Shown: positions 42,127 to 50,934 of the stretch, piece after piece
How positions within the stretch are numbered: the first letter of the stretch is position 1
How the letters are laid out: each line of letters starts with the position of its first letter
Position numbers and translations under genes: made by a program
The notes under the pieces: generated by a model
Told to the model about the DNA's origin: nothing
Databases searched by the model: none
What the model saw: only the letters and a program-made list of their open reading frames with translations
NCBI GenBank assembly: GCA_965242865.1
Contig: CBDETK010000013.1
Location: forward strand, 1,568,001 to 1,632,000
From: Candidatus Latescibacterota bacterium
GTDB lineage: Bacteria; Latescibacterota; UBA2968; UBA8231
DNA length: 64,000 nucleotides
Direction: 5' to 3'

Positions 42127-42744
42127 ATGGCTAAAATTTTCATTTATTGGGACACCTCCAACATCTTCATCAGCGCACAAGAGGCCGCGGTGGAGCGAGA
42201 GGGCGAGCAGGTGCGGTCGCGGATGCGCATTCACTTCCGCAATCTGCTGGCCTTGGCCCGCGCCAACCGCCCAGTGCAACACGCGGTTGCCGTCGGCTCC
42301 ATTCCGCCCGAGATGCGCCAAGTGTGGAATCGCCTCGAAAACGAAGGCGTTACCGTTGAATTGTTGGAGCGCGGCCGGGTGCAAGGCGGTGAGCAGGGCG
42401 TGGACCAACTCTTGCAGACGCAGATGCTCCGCGATACCGTTGACTACAACGGCGACCCCGGCATCGCAGTGCTGCTGACCGGAGACGGCAGCGGCTTTAC
42501 CGACGGCGTCGGCTTTCACGCGGACTTAGAGCGCATGCACCGCAAAGGCTGGCGTATCGAAGTGCTGTCGTGGCGGCACAGTTGCAACCGGCGCATGCGG
42601 GAATGGGCCGAAAGCGTGGGCCTGTTTATCGCGCTGGATGACTACTACGAGAGCATCACCTTTCTGGAGGAGCCGCTCCCCGGTCGCCCGGTCGCCGACC
42701 CGCGCTACGCAGTGCCGCTCAACCTAGAGCGCGATCCGCGCTAG
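42127..42744 (+). CDS. NYN domain (PIN-fold) RNase
   Basis: IYWDTSNI, EQGVD, LLTGDG..F, IEVLSW, FIALD. Confidence 0.85.
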   Translation: MAKIFIYWDTSNIFISAQEAAVEREGEQVRSRMRIHFRNLLALARANRPVQHAVAVGSIPPEMRQVWNRLENEGVTVELLERGRVQGGEQGVDQLLQTQMLRDTVDYNGDPGIAVLLTGDGSGFTDGVGFHADLERMHRKGWRIEVLSWRHSCNRRMREWAESVGLFIALDDYYESITFLEEPLPGRPVADPRYAVPLNLERDPR

Positions 42745-42803
42745 GCCTGCAACCCGCGTTTAGCCAACGCGGTTTCCATCACCCAACACCAAGGAAGACC
42801 AAC

Positions 42804-44057
42804 ATGACTGCCCGCATCACGCACGTCGAACGCTTTACCCTACAAGTGCCGTTTGTCGAGCGCGTCCGCCGCGACATGGAACGCGCTGGCATTCACACCT
42901 GGTCCGAGCTTGAAATCACCCGCGTCGAAACCGACGCCGGCGTCGTCGGCTGGGGCGAGACCATTCAGAACTATACTTGGGGTCGCGTCCAAGCCCACGA
43001 GCGCGTCGTCGGCCAATCGCCCTTTGCCGCTATGTGGGACGACTCCTTGGGCGCGGGCCTACAGATGGCCCTTTTCGACGCTGCCGGCAAACTGGCCGGT
43101 GTGCCGCTCTATAAGCTGTTGGGCACCAAGTGCCGCGACTGGTGCGCCATCTCGTTTTGGGACCACGATATGACGCCGGAACGATACGCCATTGAGGCGC
43201 AAACCGCAGTGGCCCTCGGCTACACCTGCATGAAAATCAAGACTCGGCCGTGGTTCGACGTGCGCGAGACCATCCGCCAAATCAGTGCCGTCACGCCCGA
43301 TCACTTCCGCATCGACGCCGACTGGAACGCCTTTTTGAACAATGCCTCCAACGCCATCCCCCTGCTGCGCGAACTGGAGCAGACCTTCCCCAAAATCAAA
43401 ATTTTTGAAGACCCAATTCCACGCCACGACGCCTCTGGCAACCGCTTCCTCCGCACCCAGATCAACACGGCCATCGCCCACCACTACGGCGCGATCCACC
43501 CCCGCGAGGGCTTGGAATTGGGCGGCGTCTGCGATGGCTGGGTCTTGGGCGGCGGCGTCAACGAGATCACCTGCCAAGGCCGCACGTGCGCGGCCCTGCG
43601 GATGCCCTTTTTCCTGCAAATGGTCGGGGCCGGGCCGACCACTGCACTCTCCCTGCATTTGAGCGCGGTGTTAGTCCAAGCCCAGTGGCCCACCATCACC
43701 TGCCACGAGCTGTACGAGCACAGCCTGCTCAAGCAGCGGATCGAGGTCATCGGCGGCCACGCCCGGGTGCCCGAAGCCCCGGGTTTGGGCATTGAAATAG
43801 ACGAAGAGGCACTGGCAAAATACCGCGTCGATCAAGCCGATCATCGCCTGCCCAAACGGCTGATTAAGGTCACCCGCGCTGGCGGCATCAACATCTACTT
43901 TGCCAACTCCGGGCAGAAGTGGGCCTTCTTCCAGAGCGGCAACCATCCGGTTGACGAATGGGGCTCGAACACCGAACTGCTCGACGACGACAGCAGTACC
44001 GAATTCGCCGACCTCTATGCCCGTGCGGCCGAGTCGCCGGTGCTGACGGCGGAATGA
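42804..44057 (+). CDS. Mandelate racemase/muconate lactonizing enzyme family (enolase superfamily)
   Basis: ETDAGVVGWGE, MALFDAAGK..GVPLYKLLG, KIK, RIDADWN, FEDP, VPEAPGLGIEIDE. Confidence 0.88.
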   Translation: MTARITHVERFTLQVPFVERVRRDMERAGIHTWSELEITRVETDAGVVGWGETIQNYTWGRVQAHERVVGQSPFAAMWDDSLGAGLQMALFDAAGKLAGVPLYKLLGTKCRDWCAISFWDHDMTPERYAIEAQTAVALGYTCMKIKTRPWFDVRETIRQISAVTPDHFRIDADWNAFLNNASNAIPLLRELEQTFPKIKIFEDPIPRHDASGNRFLRTQINTAIAHHYGAIHPREGLELGGVCDGWVLGGGVNEITCQGRTCAALRMPFFLQMVGAGPTTALSLHLSAVLVQAQWPTITCHELYEHSLLKQRIEVIGGHARVPEAPGLGIEIDEEALAKYRVDQADHRLPKRLIKVTRAGGINIYFANSGQKWAFFQSGNHPVDEWGSNTELLDDDSSTEFADLYARAAESPVLTAE

Positions 44058-44124
44058 GGCGGCGGAGCGCGAGTTGGAGTCGTGTCGATTTCGATTTAAG
44101 AAAAGGTAGTGGCTACTTTGACAT

Positions 44125-44160
44125 AAAAACCCCCGTGCCAGCGTGATTGACACGGGGGTT
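44125..44160 (-). terminator. Rho-independent terminator between convergent genes
   Basis: Stem aacccccgtgcca / tgacacgggggtt with an A-run on the left, giving a U-tail on the minus strand. Confidence 0.7.
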
Positions 44161-44193
44161 GCTTGCAAATTCATCGCCTCCTCGTCCTTATGT

Positions 44194-44412
44194 CTAGCCC
44201 TTGCGTTGAAACAGATAGGGAGCGGCCCATTGCACGATTAAAGAAGCAATGGCAACGAAAACCGGGATAGCCCAAATCAAGATGCTCAATTGCCCTTCAA
44301 TAGAAGCTATTTGCACGAGCAACTCCGACTTAGCCTCGGCAATATCAGATTTGGTCGCCAGATGATTGAGCACCCCCTCTATGCGACCCACGCGATCACT
44401 CAGATCGGACAT
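44194..44412 (-). CDS. Small coiled-coil protein with C-terminal TM helix (XhlA/DUF1640-like)
   Basis: DRVGRIEG..HLATKSDI heptads, then a hydrophobic tail; AGAGG RBS. Confidence 0.7.
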   Translation of the reverse strand: MSDLSDRVGRIEGVLNHLATKSDIAEAKSELLVQIASIEGQLSILIWAIPVFVAIASLIVQWAAPYLFQRKG

Positions 44413-44501
44413 AGCAGCCTCTTTTTGATCGTAATGAATTGTACTACTTGTACACTGTCAACAACCGTCTAGGTAGCATGGCCAAAACGAATATCTACCA
44501 C

Positions 44502-44554
44502 CTGGGATCGAGGGCGTCCCGCCCTCGACGAGGGCAAGATACCCTCGATCCTTG
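44502..44554. repeat. REP-like palindrome family D
   Basis: ggatcgagggcgtcccgccctcgacgagggcaagataccctcgatcc; outer arms ggatcgaggg/ccctcgatcc. Confidence 0.6.
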
Positions 44555-44604
44555 GAAGGCTGGAGGCTGGTGTCGTGTAGTAAGGGGATTTATTTGTTCT
44601 TTTT

Positions 44605-44890
44605 TGATACGCCGGACCGGTTCCGCTCCTGTGGCGTGGCACACCGACTGGTGCGGCTATTCGACCGCGATCAAGCATTCGGGCGACGTTCTCAATCGCG
44701 GGTCGTGGCTGTCGGGCAAGTGGTTCTATCTGACCGGGTCGCGGCCCGAGTACGGCGGCCTGTGCGTGATTGAGGATTCTCACGCTGAGGGCTGGGAGGG
44801 ACCGGAGGGGTTTCGCATGACGGCTGACCGGCGGTCCTTCTACCCGGAGGGCGCGGAGGAGCGCGCCTACAACGGCATTGACCCGAAGAC
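44605..44890 (+). pseudogene. Internal fragment of a PhyH-type dioxygenase
   Basis: WHTD..WFYLTG..GGLCVIEDSH in ORF 44439..45032, with non-protein-like flanks. Confidence 0.55.
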
Positions 44891-45034
44891 ACGGTGGAGG
44901 GGCTGCGGCAGAAGGATCTTTATTGAAGCAAAGCCGCTTGAATCGCGCCCGAATTTTCGTATCTTCCTCTTCGGCTGTCGGACGCCGCTCCGCGTCCGAC
45001 AGGGGCTTTTTCCATCTATTCACAGGAGTTGACC

Positions 45035-45262
45035 ATGAGCACCCCGACGCTGGATCAGAACCTCGACCGCGACCTTGACCGCCGTGTAGGACGGCTTGAA
45101 GGCATCGCCGAACAACTGGACAAGCGTTTTGATAGCGTGGACAAGCGTTTTGACTCGATGGACAAGCGGCTGGATCGCATAGAAGCAGCGCAACGGTGGA
45201 TCATCGGCCTGCTAATCACGTCGCTGCTCGGTCAGTTCGCCTTGAAGCTGTGGTTCGGCTGA
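45035..45262 (+). CDS. Small coiled-coil protein with DKRFD heptad repeats and C-terminal TM helix
   Basis: RRVGRLEG, DKRFDSV-DKRFDSM-DKRLDRI (21-bp tandem repeat), WIIGLLITSLLG; AGGAG RBS. Confidence 0.75.
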   Translation: MSTPTLDQNLDRDLDRRVGRLEGIAEQLDKRFDSVDKRFDSMDKRLDRIEAAQRWIIGLLITSLLGQFALKLWFG

Positions 45263-45434
45263 GGCCGTAGCTGTGGCGCGTGCAATCGCCGAGCAGTTAG
45301 ACCGCCGCTTGGACCGTCTTGAGCGTACTGCCGAACGGCGGCAAGCTATCGACGCTACCAATCGCCGCATCGATAGGGACTAAGCCGCTCTCACGTAAAC
45401 CAACAGCCGATCATGTACATGACTGGCGAAAGCG

Positions 45435-45471
45435 AAGGCCCCGATGGTATTTCTACCGTCGGGGCCTTTTT
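45435..45471 (+). terminator. Rho-independent terminator
   Basis: aaggccccgatggta-tttc-taccgtcggggcctt followed by a T-run. Confidence 0.8.
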
Positions 45472-45739
45472 GTGTTCGTCTTCTTTGGGCTGCTTGTCAT
45501 CTGTGTTAGGAGATTTTTTAAGACGGAGCAATTTTTTGATTGACAAGGGCGGAATATATCCTTTTTTATTTCGCTGTCTCCATTAGTAGTGCCCGCCTTG
45601 TCGGGTCACTTGCTGAATTAAAATAGCCTTTCTTCGGCACAGGGGTGGCTCCCTGACGCCCGGCAAATAGGCAGGACTTCTCACTTCACTACGCGAGTTA
45701 GTTCGCACAGACGAGTTGCTAATCAGGAGTAAGAAACTG

Positions 45740-46342
45740 ATGCCAACGCAAGACAAATCAAAGCGGTCCTTTTTAAAGCCGCACCTTAAGCAAGAGTACA
45801 ATAAATGTTCACAAGAAATACAGGAGTATTTTGAACACATTCCGAAGCTATTGGACGAGTTTCCAATAGAGGTGTGCCTCGCCTACGTATTCTCCCGCTT
45901 GGAACTGGGTCAAAACATGGCACTCTATTGTGGCGCAGTGAAGATCTATCGAGTTGATTCCGAACTCGCAAGAAAAGCAGTCGACAAACAACACATGACT
46001 CGCGATAAATTTGTTGAGTTCTATGAGATTATATTCGAGATTCCTCTTCCGAACACCGCACGAAAGGATTTGGAAAAAGCAGAAAAAACTAGAGACAGTA
46101 TTATGCACGGTAAGATGGCAGATGGTGACGATATCCGAAAAGCTATCGCGTGTGTTCTCAAGTATGCGGAAGAGGTCAACAAAGAATTGCACGAGAAACA
46201 TCAACTGAAGCCGTTCGGCAATCTGAGAGGGTTTGCTGGCCGATTAAAAAAGCTCGACAGGCAAACGAGTCAGTTCGTATTGGAGGGTATGGGTTTTCCT
46301 CCACTTAGTCGTAAAAAAGTAAAGAATAAGACGACGACATGA
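45740..46342 (+). CDS. AT-rich hypothetical protein with HEPN-like Rx4H motif
   Basis: Helical-looking protein with SRLE and TRDSIMHG; AGGAG RBS; visibly lower GC than its neighbours. Confidence 0.7.
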   Translation: MPTQDKSKRSFLKPHLKQEYNKCSQEIQEYFEHIPKLLDEFPIEVCLAYVFSRLELGQNMALYCGAVKIYRVDSELARKAVDKQHMTRDKFVEFYEIIFEIPLPNTARKDLEKAEKTRDSIMHGKMADGDDIRKAIACVLKYAEEVNKELHEKHQLKPFGNLRGFAGRLKKLDRQTSQFVLEGMGFPPLSRKKVKNKTTT

Positions 46343-46376
46343 GCGAGAGACGGAAGGTGAACCTACTCTGGCCCCA

Positions 46377-47822
46377 GTGAGTCGCTCCATGCACTTCGAC
46401 GCCTACGATCTCGACGCCGCAATCTACGATGAAATGTTCCAGCCCGACGGTGCGCCCCGCGAAGACTGTCGTCCGCTATACGACGCCCTGCGCCGGTTTT
46501 CCGCCGACGAGCTCGGCGCGATCCAAGAGCGGGTAACGCACTCCTTTTCTACCGAAGGCATCACCTTCACCGTCTATGGGGACGACGAGGCCGACGAGCG
46601 CATCATTCCCATCGACTGCGTTCCCCGGATCCTTTCCGGTGCTGAGTGGCGGCATCTCGAAAGCGGCCTGACCCAGCGCATCAGTGCTCTCAATCGCTTC
46701 CTAGCGGATGTGTACAGCGAGGCCCGCATCATCGCCGATGGCGTAATCCCGGCCGATGTGGTGCGCGGCTGTCCCCAGTACCGCACTGAAATGCGCGGCG
46801 TCTCCGTGCCCCACGGTATCTGGGTCGCTGTCTGCGGCACGGACTTGGTGCGTACCCACAATGGCTTCCTAGTGCTCGAAGACAACCTGCGGGTGCCCTC
46901 GGGGGTGTCCTATATGATCGCCAACCGCAAGGTGGTGAAGACCAGCTTGCGCCGCCTCTACCGGAGCTGCCGAGTGCGGGAGGTCGAACACTACGGCCAA
47001 GCACTGCTCGAAACCATGCGCGACCTCGCCCCCGGTGGACGCACCGACCCTTGCATCGTCCTGCTCTCGCCCGGAGTCTACAACTCGGCCTTTTACGAAC
47101 ACCTATTCCTCGCGCAAGAAATCGGCGCCGAGCTCGTAGAAGGCCGCGACCTGCTAGTCAACGACGGCTTCGTGTACATGCGCACCACCAAGGGGCTGCG
47201 GCGCGTCGATGTGATTTACCGCCGAGTCGATGACGACTTCCTCGACCCCCTCGTCTTTCGCCCAGACTCCCTGCTCGGGGTGCCCGGGCTGCTCCACGCT
47301 TACAAACTCGGCAACGTGGCCTTGGGCAACGCGCCCGGCACAGGAGTCGCCGACGACAAGAGCGTGTACGCCTACGTGCCCGACATGATCCGCTATTACT
47401 TGGGGGAAGAGCCGCTGCTGCCCAACGTCGAGACCCACCTCTGCCGCCGGCCCGAGGATCTAGAGTACACCCTCGACAACCTAGAAAACTTGGTGGTCAA
47501 GCGCGTGGGCGAGTCCGGGGGCTACGGCATGTTGATCGGCCCCCACGCCACGCCCGAGGAGCGCGCCGAGTACGCCAAGCAGGTCCGCGCCGACCCGGCC
47601 GACTTCATCGCCCAGCCAGTCCAAGCCCTGTCCCGCGCACCCTGCCTGATTGAAGGCCGCTTTGAACCGCGTCACGTCGATCTGCGTCCCTTCGTGCTCC
47701 ACGGCCGCCAGACGCGCATCGTGCCCGGGGGGTTCTGCCGCGTGGCCTTGCGCCGGGGCAGCTTGGTCGTCAACTCCAGCCAAGGGGGCGGCGGCAAAGA
47801 CCTTTGGGTACTGGAGGACTGA
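46377..47822 (+). CDS. Circularly permuted type 2 ATP-grasp protein
   Basis: GITFTVYG, ERIIPID, VLEDNLRVPSGVSY, YNSAFYEH, IYRRVDDDFLDP, GTGVADDK, GGYGMLIGP, VVNSSQGGGGKD. Confidence 0.95.
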   Translation: MSRSMHFDAYDLDAAIYDEMFQPDGAPREDCRPLYDALRRFSADELGAIQERVTHSFSTEGITFTVYGDDEADERIIPIDCVPRILSGAEWRHLESGLTQRISALNRFLADVYSEARIIADGVIPADVVRGCPQYRTEMRGVSVPHGIWVAVCGTDLVRTHNGFLVLEDNLRVPSGVSYMIANRKVVKTSLRRLYRSCRVREVEHYGQALLETMRDLAPGGRTDPCIVLLSPGVYNSAFYEHLFLAQEIGAELVEGRDLLVNDGFVYMRTTKGLRRVDVIYRRVDDDFLDPLVFRPDSLLGVPGLLHAYKLGNVALGNAPGTGVADDKSVYAYVPDMIRYYLGEEPLLPNVETHLCRRPEDLEYTLDNLENLVVKRVGESGGYGMLIGPHATPEERAEYAKQVRADPADFIAQPVQALSRAPCLIEGRFEPRHVDLRPFVLHGRQTRIVPGGFCRVALRRGSLVVNSSQGGGGKDLWVLED

Positions 47823-47827
47823 CCCCA

Positions 47828-48853
47828 ATGCTCTCGCGCAGCGCACAAAGCCTCTATTGGCTGGGCCGCTACCTAGAGCGGGCAGAGCACCTGTGCCGCT
47901 TGCTCCAGTTGCAGGTGGAGGCTTTGGTCGATCGGCCGCTCTCGGAGATTTATTTCGGCTGGAGCCGGCTCTACGCCGGTCTGAGCCGGCAGCCGCCCGG
48001 GGGCGACCTCGAATCCGGCGAAAGCGACGATTACACCCTCGCCGATTCCTACACCTTGGCCGGCGATCTCACGTTTGATCGCGACAATCTCGATTCAGTG
48101 CGCAACTGCTTTGCCCTCGGCCGGGAGAACGCCCGCCAAGTGCGCCACTGCATTAGCTCCGAAATGTGGACCTGCCTGAACTTGGCTTGGCTGCGGCTCT
48201 GCGATCTCGACATCGAGGATATTTGGAAGGTGTCGCCGGAAAACTTCTACGCAGAGACTACGCGGGAGATCAACACCTTCACCGGGGTGGCCGAAGCAAC
48301 CATGTACCGCGACGAGGGCTGGCGTTTTATGCGGCTCGGACGGTTCATTGAACGCGCCCAGTTGCGGGTCGCCTTGCTCCTCGCCCAGCTCGCGGCCGGC
48401 CGCACCCAGGGCGAAACCTCGGACGCCGACTGGACGAGCCTGCTGCGTTCATGCCAAGCATTCGACGCGTACAAACGCAGCTACAGCGTCGAGATCCAGC
48501 CGGATCAAGTGCTGGACCTGCTCGTCGCCGATCCCCTGCTGCCCGGCTCGCTGTGCCGCGCACTCGACGCGCTGGCAGCGGAACTGGCGGCCATTGGTGC
48601 GCGCTCTAACGCACGCACCGGGGCGGCGGTTGCGTCTTTTGTGCCTTTTGTGCCTCCTGTGGCCAACGCGAGCACCGGCGCAGCCGCCGAGCGACTCGCC
48701 GGCCGGCTATGCGCCCTAATCCGCTACGAGTGGCCGGACCGGAGCGACCGCGAAGCCCTCCTCGCGCAAGTGGGCGAGCACTGCCGGAAGCTCCACGAGC
48801 TCGTGACCGCCGCGTACATCGCGTACGCCATTGAGGACTCCCCGGTACACTGA
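47828..48853 (+). CDS. Alpha-E domain protein
   Basis: MLSRSAQSLYWLGRYLERAE, RENARQVR..ISSEMW, RDEGWRFMRLGRFIERA. Confidence 0.93.
   Translation: MLSRSAQSLYWLGRYLERAEHLCRLLQLQVEALVDRPLSEIYFGWSRLYAGLSRQPPGGDLESGESDDYTLADSYTLAGDLTFDRDNLDSVRNCFALGRENARQVRHCISSEMWTCLNLAWLRLCDLDIEDIWKVSPENFYAETTREINTFTGVAEATMYRDEGWRFMRLGRFIERAQLRVALLLAQLAAGRTQGETSDADWTSLLRSCQAFDAYKRSYSVEIQPDQVLDLLVADPLLPGSLCRALDALAAELAAIGARSNARTGAAVASFVPFVPPVANASTGAAAERLAGRLCALIRYEWPDRSDREALLAQVGEHCRKLHELVTAAYIAYAIEDSPVH
48629..48664. repeat. tttgtgcct-repeat element (family E) inserted in-frame in the alpha-E gene
   Basis: gttgcgtcttttgtgccttttgtgcctcctgtggcc; matches the intergenic copy at 49823..49853. Confidence 0.75.
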
Positions 48854-48855
48854 CC

Positions 48856-49731
48856 ATGACCGGAGCCGTCCGTTATGAGATCGAACACATCTCTCGCTAC
48901 TGCTACACCGCCCCAGTACAGCAGTGCGTGATGCTCCTCTGTCTGGAGCCGCGCAAAGGCCGGGGGCAGCGGCTGCTCAACTTCGAGATTGAGACGCAAC
49001 CCCCGGCCAGCCTAACCCGCACGACGGATTGTTTTGGCAACGCGCGCCATCTGCTCGATCTCCACCGAGCGCACCAAACGTTGGAGATCGCGACCCGCTC
49101 CACGGTCGAGGCGACGCCCGCGCCGCCGCTCCCAAGACGCTTGCCCACCGGGGCTTGGGAGGCCCTCGGCACCCGCGAAGGTTCCTTCGCCGATTGGGAC
49201 TTCACGCATCCGAGTGCTCTGGTGCGTCCCTCGCCTGCGCTCGCCGCGTTTGTCGAGCGGCATCGCATCGCGCCGCTGGACGACCCGCTCGAAAGCCTGC
49301 TGCAACTGTCGCACGCGCTCCACCGCTGCTTGCACTACATCCCGGGCAGCACCTCAGCGGAATCCCCGGTCGAGCACATCCTCGAAACAGGCCGGGGAGT
49401 CTGCCAAGACTACACTCACCTCATGCTCGCCATCGCCCGCTCTTGGGGCATCCCCGCCCGCTATGTCTCGGGCTATTTGCACTCAGCCCAATCCAGCGAA
49501 CAGGCTTTGAACAACGCTACGCACGCTTGGGTCGAATGCCGGTTGCCAGAGCTTGGCTGGGTCGGCTTTGATCCGACCAACCAGCACCTCGCCGGCACGG
49601 GCAATGTGTGCATCGCCATTGGGCGCGACTACCGAGACGTGTCGCCGACGCGCGGCGTCCGCCAAGGCGGCGGAGCAACCCACCTCGAAATCGAGGTGCG
49701 AATGCGCGCGCTCCCCATTGCATCGCCCTAG
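48856..49731 (+). CDS. Transglutaminase family protein
   Basis: IEHISRYCY, DCFGN, GVCQDYTH, ARYVSGY, THAWVE, WVGFDPTN, GRDYRDVSP (Cys-His-Asp triad). Confidence 0.95.
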   Translation: MTGAVRYEIEHISRYCYTAPVQQCVMLLCLEPRKGRGQRLLNFEIETQPPASLTRTTDCFGNARHLLDLHRAHQTLEIATRSTVEATPAPPLPRRLPTGAWEALGTREGSFADWDFTHPSALVRPSPALAAFVERHRIAPLDDPLESLLQLSHALHRCLHYIPGSTSAESPVEHILETGRGVCQDYTHLMLAIARSWGIPARYVSGYLHSAQSSEQALNNATHAWVECRLPELGWVGFDPTNQHLAGTGNVCIAIGRDYRDVSPTRGVRQGGGATHLEIEVRMRALPIASP

Positions 49732-49822
49732 GCGCAGACTTTAATTGAGGGCAATCAACCCTATCACCTGAGAGGGCATTATGGATACGCTCAAGCGACT
49801 CAGCGGCATGTTTCTAAAGCCC

Positions 49823-49853
49823 TCTTTGTGCCTTTTGTGCCTTTTGTGGCCAA
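49823..49853. repeat. tttgtgcct-repeat element (family E), intergenic copy
   Basis: tctttgtgccttttgtgccttttgtggccaa. Confidence 0.75.
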
Positions 49854-49876
49854 TCAAGCCCCGAGCCGTGCGCCTT

Positions 49877-50902
49877 CTATAAATACTCCGCAATCCGCTT
49901 AGGCTCCCCATCCTCAGTCGTCTCCATCGCCGCAATCACCAACGCGAAGCTCTGCAAGTTGTCTTCAATCCGCGTCGCCGACGCCTCACCGCCCTCCAGC
50001 CAATCCACAAACTCCTTGAACAAATAGTCGTGCCCGGCCCACTCCATAGCCGGTGCCGCATATACCTCCACCTCCTCCCCCACTCGATACACTCGCACCT
50101 CGTCCCCCGCTCCGATCTCCACCGTCCCTTCCTCGAATTCGAGGCGATAGTACTCGCGCTGCCAACAACTCGTAATCCCGGCGGCCGAGCTGTTTCCCTC
50201 GTAGGCCGTATGCACTCCATTGTCCATCCTCATCAGGTAAAACCCGCTCGAATAGTGCTTAAAACTCGACCACGCCGGATTCCACCCAAACCCTTGCAGC
50301 ACCTCGCAATCGCCCCCGGACAAAAAGCGCATCATATCGAAGTGATGCACCGCGCCCTCAAAGAGCAAGCTGAAATCCATGTCGTGTCGCCAAGCCTTGC
50401 CCCACGATAAGTATTCGCGATAATCGCAGGCGTAGCGGCCAACGATGTGCTGCAACCGCCCCAAGCACCCTTCCTCGCGCAGCCGCACCACCTCTTGCTT
50501 GTTGGGCGCGTAGCGGTAATTCTGGATGATCGCGCACGGCAACCCGGTCTCCGCGGCCTGGGCCGCCATGGCTTGGGCCGCTGCTAAGGTGTCGGCAATC
50601 GGCTTCTCGCAAATAACCGGCATCCCCGCTTCCAGCGCGGCGATGGCCTGCGGGCTGTGGAACTGCGGCGGGGTGGCAATGCCGCAGAAATCGGCCGGCA
50701 CCTTAGCGCACGCCTCTTGGTAATCGGCAAAGAGCTGCTCGGCCCCCAAGCCGAGCTGGGCCCCTTGGGCCGCGAGCACTTCCTCGTTGACATCCACTAG
50801 CCCGACGATCTGGATTCGGTCGCCGAGACGCTCGGTCATCCGCCCGATCCAACCGCCGGCCATGCCGCTGGCCCCTATCATCAAACAGGTTTTAACTGCC
50901 AT
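49877..50902 (-). CDS. Gfo/Idh/MocA family oxidoreductase
   Basis: IGASGMA, TPPQFH, ICEKPIA, QNYRY, EGAVHHFD. Confidence 0.9.
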   Translation of the reverse strand: MAVKTCLMIGASGMAGGWIGRMTERLGDRIQIVGLVDVNEEVLAAQGAQLGLGAEQLFADYQEACAKVPADFCGIATPPQFHSPQAIAALEAGMPVICEKPIADTLAAAQAMAAQAAETGLPCAIIQNYRYAPNKQEVVRLREEGCLGRLQHIVGRYACDYREYLSWGKAWRHDMDFSLLFEGAVHHFDMMRFLSGGDCEVLQGFGWNPAWSSFKHYSSGFYLMRMDNGVHTAYEGNSSAAGITSCWQREYYRLEFEEGTVEIGAGDEVRVYRVGEEVEVYAAPAMEWAGHDYLFKEFVDWLEGGEASATRIEDNLQSFALVIAAMETTEDGEPKRIAEYL

Positions 50903-50934
50903 GCTATCCACCTTTGTTTGGTTGAGTTGAGGAA

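Noticed and set aside
26362-46342. A single integrated defence island or prophage
   Set aside because: No integrase, att repeats, tRNA or phage structural genes. Defence genes are interleaved with host-like metabolic genes, which suggests piecemeal accretion.
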